Below are positions 40,821-50,765 of a stretch of DNA of 64,000 nt, piece after piece. The translations under genes were made by a program, and so were the position numbers. Origin of the DNA: Malacoraja senta (lineage: Eukaryota); assembly GCA_038087875.1 (NCBI GenBank), contig CM075991.1, positions 9,612,001 through 9,676,000 of the forward strand, given 5' to 3'. Each line of letters begins with the position of its first letter. Position 1 is the first letter of the stretch. The notes beneath the pieces were generated by a model, which was not told the origin of the DNA, searched no databases, and worked only from the letters and a program-made list of their open reading frames with translations.

Positions 40821-42370
40821 AGTTACATGGCTGGATTTTAATTGCACTCTGAAATGGCCCCAGCAAATCAGTCAGCTGTGTCAAGAAAAATAATGTGCAC
40901 CACTCTGCATTATCTTCACCAAGTGGACTGCAGCAGCTTACAGAGATGTATCTTTATCATCTTCCCGGGGACATTAATGCTAAACACTGACCTTGCCAGA
41001 ACCCGCTACAAGACACCAGACTTCAAACTAAGCAGGATTCCAGTCTGAGGAAGGGTCCAGACCCAAAGCATCACCCATTCCTTTTCTCCAGAGATGTTGC
41101 CTGACCCACTGAGTTACTCCAGCATTTTGTGTCTATCATCCATTACTGATCCGTTGCTGTTTCAATCCCAAACTAACATGGTTCAGAAACTCTTCAGATT
41201 ACACAAGGTTACGCACAACTCTAACAACCCCCCCATTACATTGCACGCCTTCTCACGCAACCTCAATGCTGATCAGTGCAAAGAAAATCACAATTTAACA
41301 CTTTCTGTTGACAGCCAGCCCAAACCCCCTCTGCCCCACTGTGCAAAGGGTCTTCAACCTGGAGTGTTAGCCGTTTCTATTTCCACAGGTGCTGCCTGAC
41401 CTACTGAGTGTTTACTGCATTGGCTGTCTTTATTGTAGAGGCTTCTAGTTCATTGACCAAGCTCCACTCCGTTCACTTGGACACATGCCACTTCCCCCTA
41501 CATATCAGGATCCACACAATTTTCTGCAGGCATTTTCAAATACCATTCACAAACAGCTGGTCCCAACCCAAGGCAGACACAAAAGGCTGGAGTAACTCAG
41601 GCAGCATCTCTGGAGCGAAGGAGTAGGTGACGTTTCGGGTCGAGATCCTCACATCCAGACAGATGTTTCGGTTTTCGACCCAAAACGTCCCCTATCCAAT
41701 TTCTCCAGAGATGCTGCCTGTCCCGCTGCGTTACTCCAGCCTTTCGTATCTGTCTCCAGTTTAAACCAGCATCTGCAGTTCCTCCCTACACAACTGATCC
41801 CAACCTTTGGACTCCTCCCCAGACTTCACAAATCAACTTGCTCCATTCATACTAAGATTCCTCCTAATTTTATTCGTTAAACCTCAAGCAATTCTCCCCT
41901 TCTAAACTTATGTGCGCTAAACATTGGGGAGTTTGCTTGAGCCAATGGATTACTCCCCTCCCGTAGACGTGGGAAAGGGTGAAAAGCAGAGGAACAACTC
42001 CATTTTAAGAAATGTGGATATCTCTAAAAATTCACAAATCACAAATAAAGGTGAGCCCTCTGCAAAACTAGACTATGATGGTCAACAGTTATACAGGGCA
42101 CAGTGAGGGGTGAACCACAGGAGATGAACAGTGCATTTTACAAATCATCTATTCACACAGCACATGATTGCTACTTCCCATGCAAATGCATTTGTGTCTA
42201 TCTTTGATCCATTGTTGCCCTCCCTAGGCTTTCTGACAATCAGTTTCATTACACTCAGGCAATGCTTTTCTACACTTGTTCCAAGTGCAATATTTTTGCG
42301 AAGATAATTTTTCTAAAAAAAAATTAGGTTTTTTTCAAGCAACATCATTTTTTTTTTAATCAAAGCTTAC

Positions 42371-42555
42371 AAATCATGGTGGTGCCTCCTGCCAGGGCTG
42401 CTTTTGTTCCCTGGGAAAAGTCATCTGCAGCCGTCATGCCTTTGCTGGGCATCTGTAGACGGGTGTGAACATCAATTCCGCCTGGTATCACCATTCTTCC
42501 GTGGGCATCCACCATTTTAACCCCACCGGGAACAATCAGATTCTCGCCAATTTGC
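42371..42555 (-). CDS. DPYSL2: DPYSL2 exon 3, [61 protein letters not shown]
   Basis: 185 nt, AG/GT bounded. DVHTR replaces the dihydropyrimidinase DxHxH metal motif, as in catalytically dead CRMPs. Confidence 0.95.
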
Positions 42556-42711
42556 CTAGGACATGCGACAAGAGAAAAAAAAGCATTTTCCGGGAGAAAG
42601 CACATAATCAACTTTCCAATAAAAGGGGCTGATTCAATGACTTGGAGACACACAAAAATACTACTGCAGCACTGCAGAAACAGCCAAACATACACAACAG
42701 AGACAGCTTAC

Positions 42712-42800
42712 TTGATCAGCCCATCTTCTACATAAATGTCAGCAAAGAAAGACTGGTCATCATTAACGATTTTGCCACCCTTCACCAGCATACGTTCGCT
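42712..42800 (-). CDS. DPYSL2: DPYSL2 exon 2, [30 protein letters not shown]
   Basis: 89 nt, tttcag acceptor and GTAAGC donor; translated by hand (not in the ORF track). Confidence 0.95.
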
Positions 42801-43642
42801 CTGAAAGACATCAATTTAATCCATTCAATTGAAGACAAATTCAATTTTCACCCAAGCTCTTCAATAAAGCAATAAAGCACAATAATGCAACAGGACGCTA
42901 AAAATGAACCCAAGTATTTCAATATTTAACATATAATGTTGCAAAAATTTGATGCAAGTATTGCAACAGTATCAATTTCTAAGAACCAGTGTAGCTTTTC
43001 AAACATATATATATTGTAATTGCACTATAACACGAGTGGGCTAGATGCAGAAAAAAATGGGCATATTCCTACCCAGAATATACCAGACATTCATATTTAC
43101 AACCAATACAACAAATGATGCGCCATTATTATTATGATTCAAAAATATTTGCACTACTAATTTTTTAATAAAATCGTCAATCTAACTAGGTCACGATAAA
43201 TATCATTGTTGCAGTGCATTTAGGAAGGAACGGTGCAAAATTTATATTTATTATATTTTGTAAAATAAATCGTTTTGAATTCTTTCTCAGAAGGATTGTA
43301 TGCAATTTGAATGGAATATTTTTTTTCAACAATTATCATGGATTGGGCTCACAATTGCGGGGAAGCAGGAGAGAGACACAGAGCAACAACAACAACAAAA
43401 TCAACCCTTGCCAGACACCGCCATTATCCCCGACAAACACTGCACAGTCGCTGTCCTTGGTTTCAGCACGTATGGAAAACATACTGCGCTTAAAACCGTG
43501 CAGGGCGGGCGGTCGGTCGGTCCGTCCCCCCCTTTAAACCAGCTCCGGTCACCGCAAGCTGCCGAGCACTTGTCATTTCAGCGTGAAATTGCAAAATGAA
43601 GCGACCGCACAAATTTGACCAAAGCCCCCACACATTGCTTAC

Positions 43643-43681
43643 CGTGATGCGCGGTATGTTTTTCTTGCCCTGATAAGACAT
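43643..43681 (-). CDS. DPYSL2: DPYSL2/CRMP2 exon 1B (short isoform start), MSYQGKKNIPRIT
   Basis: Canonical CRMP N-terminus, 39 nt, donor ACG|GTAAGC. Confidence 0.95.
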
Positions 43682-43689
43682 GGCTGTGA

Positions 43690-44130
43690 TTGTTTGCAAT
43701 TGAATGCTGTGTTGCAAGAAGCGGTTCTCACTGCAGCCCCCGGGACGCTTGCAAATCTTTATAGAAACATATGATTTTTAAAATTGCGCCTCTTTTTCTT
43801 TCTTTCTCTCTCTCTCGCTCTCTCTCTTTGCAGCCTCCGCCTCCTGCTCCTGCTCCTGCCCCCGCCCCCTGGTGCTTCCAGCTGGGCCAGGCGACAGCAA
43901 TAATACAATTAGCCCAGGCTGCGGTTGCAAGCAAAGCATGCGTCCAGGTCCAGCCGCGCCCAGACCCCGGTCTAAGCCCAACCTCTCCGCTGGCTCGATT
44001 GGCTTCCACCGGCGGGTCGGCTGATCAGGTCGCTACCTCCAGCGTGGTGTGCGGGAAGAGGAATTCTCCAACCCGCAAAGGCGCAGACAGATTGCTGCTC
44101 CCCACCCCCCTCACTACAGTCCGGGTCGTT
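43690..44130 (-). promoter_or_regulatory. DPYSL2: GC/CpG-rich promoter and 5' UTR of the short isoform
   Basis: CpG-rich and repeat-free. CCAAT box on the - strand at 43998-44002, GC box GGGGCGGGG near 43860-43869, (GA)-rich tract near 43790-43830. Confidence 0.6.
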
Positions 44131-45267
44131 AGTTCTTCTATTCGACACATTGTCTTTCCCTCTGACGCCAACATCATCTCGAATAAAAAAAGTAGCAGAG
44201 GGGTAGAAAAAACTGCAGCAACCCCCTTTTTTTGTGTTTACAAAGGTAACTGGGTTTACAGTTAGGAAATGACAACTAAAACGCTATTTTTCAGGAGAGG
44301 TTTATCCAAAAAAAGACAAGAATATACATACACAGAGGGTGGTGGGTGAATAGAAGGAGCTGCCATAGGAGATAGTTGAGGCAGGTACTAGCATTAGTTA
44401 TAAAAGACATTTGGACATGTACATGGATATGGGCCAAACGTGAACAGGTGGGACTAGTGTAGCATGGGCGCATTGGGCCGAAGGGCCTGTTTCCATCCTG
44501 TATGACACAACGTTTAAGAAACATTTGGATGGGTCCATGGATAGGATCGGTTTAGAGGGATATGCGCTAAATGCAGGCAGGTGGCACTAGTGTTGATGGG
44601 ACAATGTTGGTCGGTGTAGGCAAGTTGGGCCGAAGGGCTTGTTTACACATTTCTATGACTCTATGAGTATAATTATGACTTTATATGTAGCAAAGCAAAA
44701 CGTTTTACGCTTATTTCAGATACATTCTAACCCCGCGGTACCCAGCGGCCAATGTGCCCGCGCCACGTTTGTGGGTATATCGGACGTGCTCCAGAGGTGG
44801 TAATTGAGGCAGGTACTATAACAATATTTTTAAAAAAACATTTGGACAGGTACATGAATAGCAAAGTTTCAGAGGGATTAGCTTGGATGGAGAATCTTGG
44901 TCAGCAGGGACACATTGGGCCGAAGGGCCTGTTTCCATGCTCTCTGTCTCTATGACAGGTGTCACCATGGACAGCACCAGTTGTTCACAGGGCCATTTAA
45001 GTCAGGAGTCACTGGAAGAGAGACAGGAAATGTACAGTACCCAATCAATCTAACTACCGGCAGTCCTTTAGGGTGTGGGAGAAAACTGGTGTCCCTTCCC
45101 CAAACATAACCCGCACGGTCACAGGAAAAATGCGCAGACAGTGGATGAGGTCCGTATTGAACCCGGGTCGCAGATGGGTAAGATAGCTTTGAGTTACTCT
45201 GCAGGTGATGAACATTCCACATACATCACCAGGAGCGTTGCAAAGTGATGCATATGTCTGAGGAAAG

Positions 45268-45825
45268 TCAAGTCAAGTCACATTTCTATAGCACATTTAA
45301 AAAACAACTCTCATTGGCCAAAGTGCTTTACATTTGTTATAAGTATAGTATAAACAAACAAACTACATACATATATACATATAGCCCTCGCTCAGATGAC
45401 ATCAAGAAAGGCTTGGGAGTATAGATAAGTTTTTAGTCTTAAAGGAGTCGATGAAGGGAGCAGTTCTGATGGGAAGGGGGATGCTGTTCCACATTCTAGG
45501 AGCTGCAACCGCAAAGGCGCGGTCGCCCCTAAGCTTATGCCTAGACCACGGGATATTCGGCAACCCCAAGTCGGCCGATCTGAGGGACCTGGAGGTGGAG
45601 TGGTGGGTTAGAAGACTTTTAATGTAGGTGGGGGCAAGCCCATTGAGGGCTTTGTAGACATAGAGGTGGATCTTGAAATTTATACGGAACCGCACAGGGA
45701 GCCAGTGGAGAGAGGCCAGGATCGGGGTGATGTGGTCCCTTTTTCGGGTGCCCGTCAGGAGTCTCGCTGTGGCGTTTTGGACCAGTTGCAGGCGGGACAG
45801 GGAAGATTGGCTGATGCCAGTGTAA
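45268..45825 (-). mobile_element. L2-clade LINE 3' fragment
   Basis: LQLVQNATARLLTGTRKRDHITPILASLHWLPVRFRINFKI..DRAFAVAAPRMWNSIP; (CTTGA)n tail. Confidence 0.8.
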
Positions 45826-45858
45826 AGGGAAAGGTCTTCTTCTTTACTGTCTATCAAC

Positions 45859-46547
45859 ATGTCGATGGTTGAAAGGGTCAAAAGCTTCAAATTCCTGGGG
45901 GTGCACATCTCTGAAGATCTTTCCTGGTCCGAGAACACTAATGCAATTATCAAGAAAGCTCATCAGTGCCTCTACTTCCTGAGAAGATTACGGAGAGTCG
46001 GTTTGTCAAGGAGGACTCTCTCTAACTTCTACAGGTGCATGCTGACCGGTTGCATTGTGGCTTGGTTCGGCAACTTTAGCGCCCTGGAGAGGAAAAGACT
46101 ACAAAAAGTAGTAAACACTGCCCAGTCCATCATCGGCTCTGACCTCCCTTCCATCGAGGGGATCTATCACAGTTGCTGCCTCAAAAAGACTGGTAGTATC
46201 ATCAAGGACCCACACCATCCTGGCCACGCACTCATCTCCCTGCTACCTTCAGGTAGAAGGTACAGGAGCCTGAAGACTGCAACAACCAGGTTCAGGAATA
46301 GCTACTTCCCCACAGCCATCAGGCTATTAAACCTGGCTCGGACAAAACTCTGATTATCAATAACCCATTATCTGTTATCTGCACTTTATCAGTCTATTTA
46401 TTCATGTGTGTATATATTTATATTATGGTATATGGACACACTGATCTGTTTTGTAGTAAATGCCTACTATGTTCTGTGTGCTGAAGCAAAGCAAGAATTT
46501 CATTGTCCTATCAGGGACACATGACAATAAACTCACTTGACTTGACT
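45859..46547 (+). mobile_element. Rex1/Babar-like LINE 3' fragment
   Basis: VERVKSFKFLGVHISEDLSWSENT..QCLYFLRRLRR..LPSGRRYRSLKTATTRFRNSYFPTAIRLLN, plus 3' UTR and tail. Confidence 0.75.
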
Positions 46548-46797
46548 TATTATGCCTCCTGGCATGTAGGGCAGCAACAAAGGTCCTCCACTCAGTTGTT
46601 TTACGAGACAGGGTTGTTAGCCCTGTGCCTAACCTCCAAACTGGAGGACCAGTGGATCGCTCTTCGTCTCGCCTCTACCCTTCGACCTGTCCAGCATGGG
46701 AGACCCTAACAGGAGGCGAATCTCCCGCTGGCATAGCTCTAGGGGTCACTGAGACACACAAGCTCCCCGACCACGACAAGGTTGCAATCCAATGGGG
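46548..46797 (-). mobile_element. Bipartite non-autonomous RTE-clade element (5' UTR fused to 3' end)
   Basis: 5' part CCTTGTCGTGGT..GAGCTATGCC..GGGCTAACAACCC..CGTAAAA resembles RTE 5' UTRs. 3' part encodes WRTFVAALHARRHN, resembling an RTE ORF end. Confidence 0.55.
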
Positions 46798-47068
46798 AGT
46801 GAGGGAAGGTTCCCCACCCGAAACGTCAGCCACCCATGTTCTCCAGAGTTGCTGCCTGATCAGCTGAGTTACTCCAGCTATTTGTGGCCTTTTGTGTAGT
46901 AACCAGCATCTGCAGTTCTTTGTTTCTACGTGATGCTTATGTTACTGGACTGATGATATACAACATTAGCATGAAAACCCTGTCACCAATAGTCATTTGG
47001 GAGGGAATTCTTTGCCCCTAACTTGGACTGGGGTAGGCGTTACTCCAGATCCACATAAAATATGAGCG

Positions 47069-47328
47069 AAACAAAAGTGCTGGAAGAACTCATCAAACCA
47101 GGCAGCATCTGTGGAAGGAAATAAAACACAAAGTGCTGGAAGAACTCAGCAGGGCAGACAGCATCTGTGGAAGAAAATAAAACACAAACTGCTGGAAGAA
47201 CTCAGCAGGGCAGACAGCATCTGTGGAGAGAAACAACACACAAAGTGCTCGAGGCACTCAGCATACTTGGCAGCATACAGGGACAGAACGGACAGGCGAT
47301 GTTTCAGGTTGGGATCCTTCTTCTGACT
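47069..47328. repeat. About 56-bp tandem repeat (4 copies) derived from a Penelope terminal unit
   Basis: ACACAAAGTGCTGGAAGAACTCAGCAGGGCAGACAGCATCTGTGGAAG repeated. Confidence 0.75.
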
Positions 47329-47709
47329 ATCCTATCTGTGAATGGAAAAGGGATTACAGCCACTGCAGTTTGCAGTCTCTTGTGTATCCACATATAACAT
47401 GTCTGGTGTTTAAATGCCCTCAGAAACCACCCAGAGGGGTAACAGGTGCTTTGATGTTTGGCACGGACTCGGTGGGCCGAAGGACCACGCTGCATGCCAT
47501 TGTGGGGCCTCAGTGACTCACAGGGACAAGGATGGGCAATAAATGCTCGCCCACACCACGTCACACACCTCCGCTAATGGACTCCATTGATGTGCCAGGG
47601 AAAATCCTTAATGGTCCATATCGTATCATTTACACACAGAATCTCTGCCAACTAAACCATTTATTGAGACGGCCTGCTGTATGGAAGGAAATTAATTAGG
47701 AATTAGCAA

Positions 47710-48075
47710 TGAGGAGAGGGAGAGAGAGGGAGAGGGAGATAGGGAAGGAGAGAGGGAGAGAGGGAGAGAGGGAGAGAGGGAAGGAGGGAGAGAGGGAGAG
47801 AGGGAGAGGGAGGGAGAGAGGGAGGGAGAGAGGAAGGGAGAGAGGGAGGGAGAGATGGAGGGAGAGAGGGAGGGAGGGAGAGAGGGAATGAGGGAGAGAG
47901 GGAGAGAGGGAGAGAGGGAGAGAGGGAGGGAGAGAGGAGAGAGGGAGAGAGGGAGAGAGGGAGAGAGGGAGAGAGGGAGAGGGAGAGAGAGAGGGAGAGG
48001 GAGAGGGAGAGGGAGAGGGAGAGGGAGAGGGAGAGGGAGAGAGAGAGAGAGAGGAGAGGGAGAGATAGGGAGGAG
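47710..48075. repeat. Polypurine (GGA/GAGAGG)n tract
   Basis: About 365 bp almost purely A/G on the + strand. Confidence 0.95.
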
Positions 48076-49454
48076 AATAAAGGACTTCAAAAAATGTATA
48101 AGATTGCCAATGTCATTGAATCATTGAACAATAGGGCCTACTTGACCCCCTCCAGAGATTCAGTGCCATCTCCTACTCCTAATTCATATGTTTACATGTT
48201 TCTATGTTCGTCGCACATTGACTGAAAAATGTTTTGGATCGTCCTGAAAGACATGGTATAAATTCCCCTTCTTTTTCTTGAAATAAGCCACATGGCGTGT
48301 CGGAACAGATAATATTGCAGTGAGCACAAATGTTTAGCAGTCCTGTGTAGAATGGGTGAGGCTGTTCAGGCACAGCTTTCCCATCCTATGTCCATTATCT
48401 CATTCTTCTCCAGATCTCTCTGCAGCCTCTGCTCCCCGATGAACAACCACACTGCCACTGTTAGTATTGTCATAAAAATTTCTCATCACAACCTCTACAT
48501 TTGTCCAAGCCATTATTACACATCATCAATAACGAAGGGCCCAATACTGAAACCGACCCAAGTTAGGCACAATATACTGGAGTAATTCAGCAGGTCAGGC
48601 AACATCTCTGGAGAACATGGATAGGTAATGTGTAGGAAGAAACTGTAGATGCTGGTTTAAACCGAAGATAGACACATAAATCTGGAGTACTCAGCGGGTC
48701 AGACAGCATCTATAGAGAAAAGGAATAGGTGACCCTTCTTCAGACTTCTCGACCTGAAACGTCACCTATTCTTTTTCTCCAGAGATGTTGTCTAGCCCGC
48801 TGAGTTACTCCAGCTTTTTGTGTCTATCTATGGATAGGTAATCCTTTGGGACCCTTCCTCAGACTGAAGGAAGGGTCCCCGACCCGAAATGTTACCATTT
48901 ACTCCAAAGATGTTGCCTGACCAGCTGAGTTACTCCAGCGTTTTGTGTCTCCCCAGGGTATAAACCAGCATCTGCAGTTCCTCGTTATTACATAATGAAC
49001 CCAACCCATCTGATAAACAGAACCAAACCCATTACTAATAGACTGCCCATTGGGTTGAAAGTAACCAGTTTGTGACTGTCACTGGTAATATCGGACAATA
49101 AATATATTTCAAATCAACATGTTGCTCAATCATTCCAGAGTTATGGTGCAGAAGGAACAGGGTGGGTATTTGAACTCAAATCTAAATGGTTCGGTATTCT
49201 TGCTCAAAGGAATTGTCTATTTAACGTCAAGTACAAAACTAGTTACGATAGTTCTGAATCAACCAGTGTCAGTAGATATCGACACAGATTCTTTGCACAA
49301 AATCCTTCATTTTCAAGGCTGCACATACTTACTTAAATATGTATTGCCAGCTTTTAGTTGTGCAGCAACAACATGATTCAGCGTCTGAATTGTCAGCGGT
49401 TCTGCAAGAATAACATGCAGTACAGAAACTAAAAGAGGGAACAGGTTTTCTCAC

Positions 49455-49739
49455 CATCACATCTGCATTTTGGCGAGATTTATTCTGCTGAGCCGTTCTG
49501 CCGATATTGGACTTCTGCTCCTCGCTGCCTGTAAATGCTACGTACCGAGCCGCCTCTGCTTCTTTGCTGCTTGTTCCTTGTGTACACCAGCCGCAACCCA
49601 GAGTGGGGAAATTCAAGGGTTTATTTTCCGAGACCTTGTCTGCCACTGGTGAAGCCTCGTTGAATTTCTGCTGCGGCTTCAATCCCATGCATGTGAACCA
49701 AGCCGGAGTTTCCGCCTGTCCCAGTGTCCTCCCAGCCAT
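49455..49739 (-). CDS. DPYSL2: Probable alternative first coding exon 1A of DPYSL2/CRMP2 (long isoform N-terminus, 95 codons)
   Basis: ATG in good Kozak context (ATCATGG). Encodes MAGRTLGQAETPAWF..KPQQKF..SENKPLNF..L, resembling the CRMP2A N-terminal motifs PAFF..KPRQKF..SENKTIDF. Ends in phase 0 at ATG|GTGAGA, compatible with exon 2. Confidence 0.75.
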
Positions 49740-49979
49740 GATCAGACTCCCTTTCTCTGCCTCCGTGGGTGAGGCATCTGAAGGTTTCCCTGCTGTAACT
49801 TTGCAGGGCTGATACCATTGACCGCTGGGGAAAACCACTCTCTGCTTCCAAATGGGAGGCGATGTGCTGAGCTCCCAGCTCACCAGCTAGTTCTACATCG
49901 TCGAAAACAATCATTCATGCAAGACTGTACTTGGAAGCAAATTGGTCCTCTGACACATGCCTCAACTGCACAGGCGGAA

Positions 49980-50765
49980 ACATACCCACCCCTCACACAC
50001 TGACAGACACATCACCACCCCCCCCCCCCCCCACACACACACACTCACACACTGACAGATATGCATCACGCTACACACACAGGGAAACACATATTACCCA
50101 TAGACACACACACACACACAAACACAGGCAAAGACACATCACTCCACACACACACACACACACAGGCAGACACACACCACCCCGCACACACGCACTCACA
50201 CACTGACAGATATGCATCACCCTACACACACAGGGAAACATACATTACCCACAAACACACCACACACACACACACACACAGGCAAAGACACATCACTCCA
50301 CACACCCACTCCACACATACACACTGACAGACACACACCGCCCCACATGCACAGGCAGACACACACACACACCACACACACAGGCAAGCACACATTATCC
50401 ACAGACACACACCCACCCTACACACACAGGTAGACACACACACACACACACCCCACGCAAACAGGCGGACACACACTGCCCCCCACACACACACACCACA
50501 CACACAGGTAGTCATACACACCACCCCACACACACACAATGACAGACACACACAGGCAGACACACACCACCCCACACACTAGCCCCACACAAACAGGCAG
50601 ACACACACCCATCGCATACACACTCGGTCACACAGGCACCACATACACACACAGACGGACACACCCTCCCACACACACCCGCCCCAAATGCAGACCTGTC
50701 CCACACAGACACACTCGTGCTCCACACACACTGGCACACACCTACCCACACACATGGACACAAAC
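49980..50765. repeat. Degenerate (CA)-rich low-complexity tract
   Basis: About 800 bp of interrupted CA runs with an internal duplicated unit (CACTGACAGATATGCATCAC..). Confidence 0.9.

Noticed and set aside
43790..43830. Equivalent of the human DPYSL2 5' UTR (CT)n TOP-like repeat
   Set aside because: In the sense strand this tract is GA-rich, the opposite polarity
47069..47290. CRISPR-like regularly spaced repeats
   Set aside because: Eukaryotic context, units are tandem without unique spacers, no cas genes
47692..48127. SLPL-rich and RE/RG-rich ORFs
   Set aside because: Translations of the purine tract
49740..49883. N-terminal extension of exon 1A as shown in the ORF track
   Set aside because: Begins at GTG, not ATG, and shows no CRMP-A similarity; treated as 5' UTR
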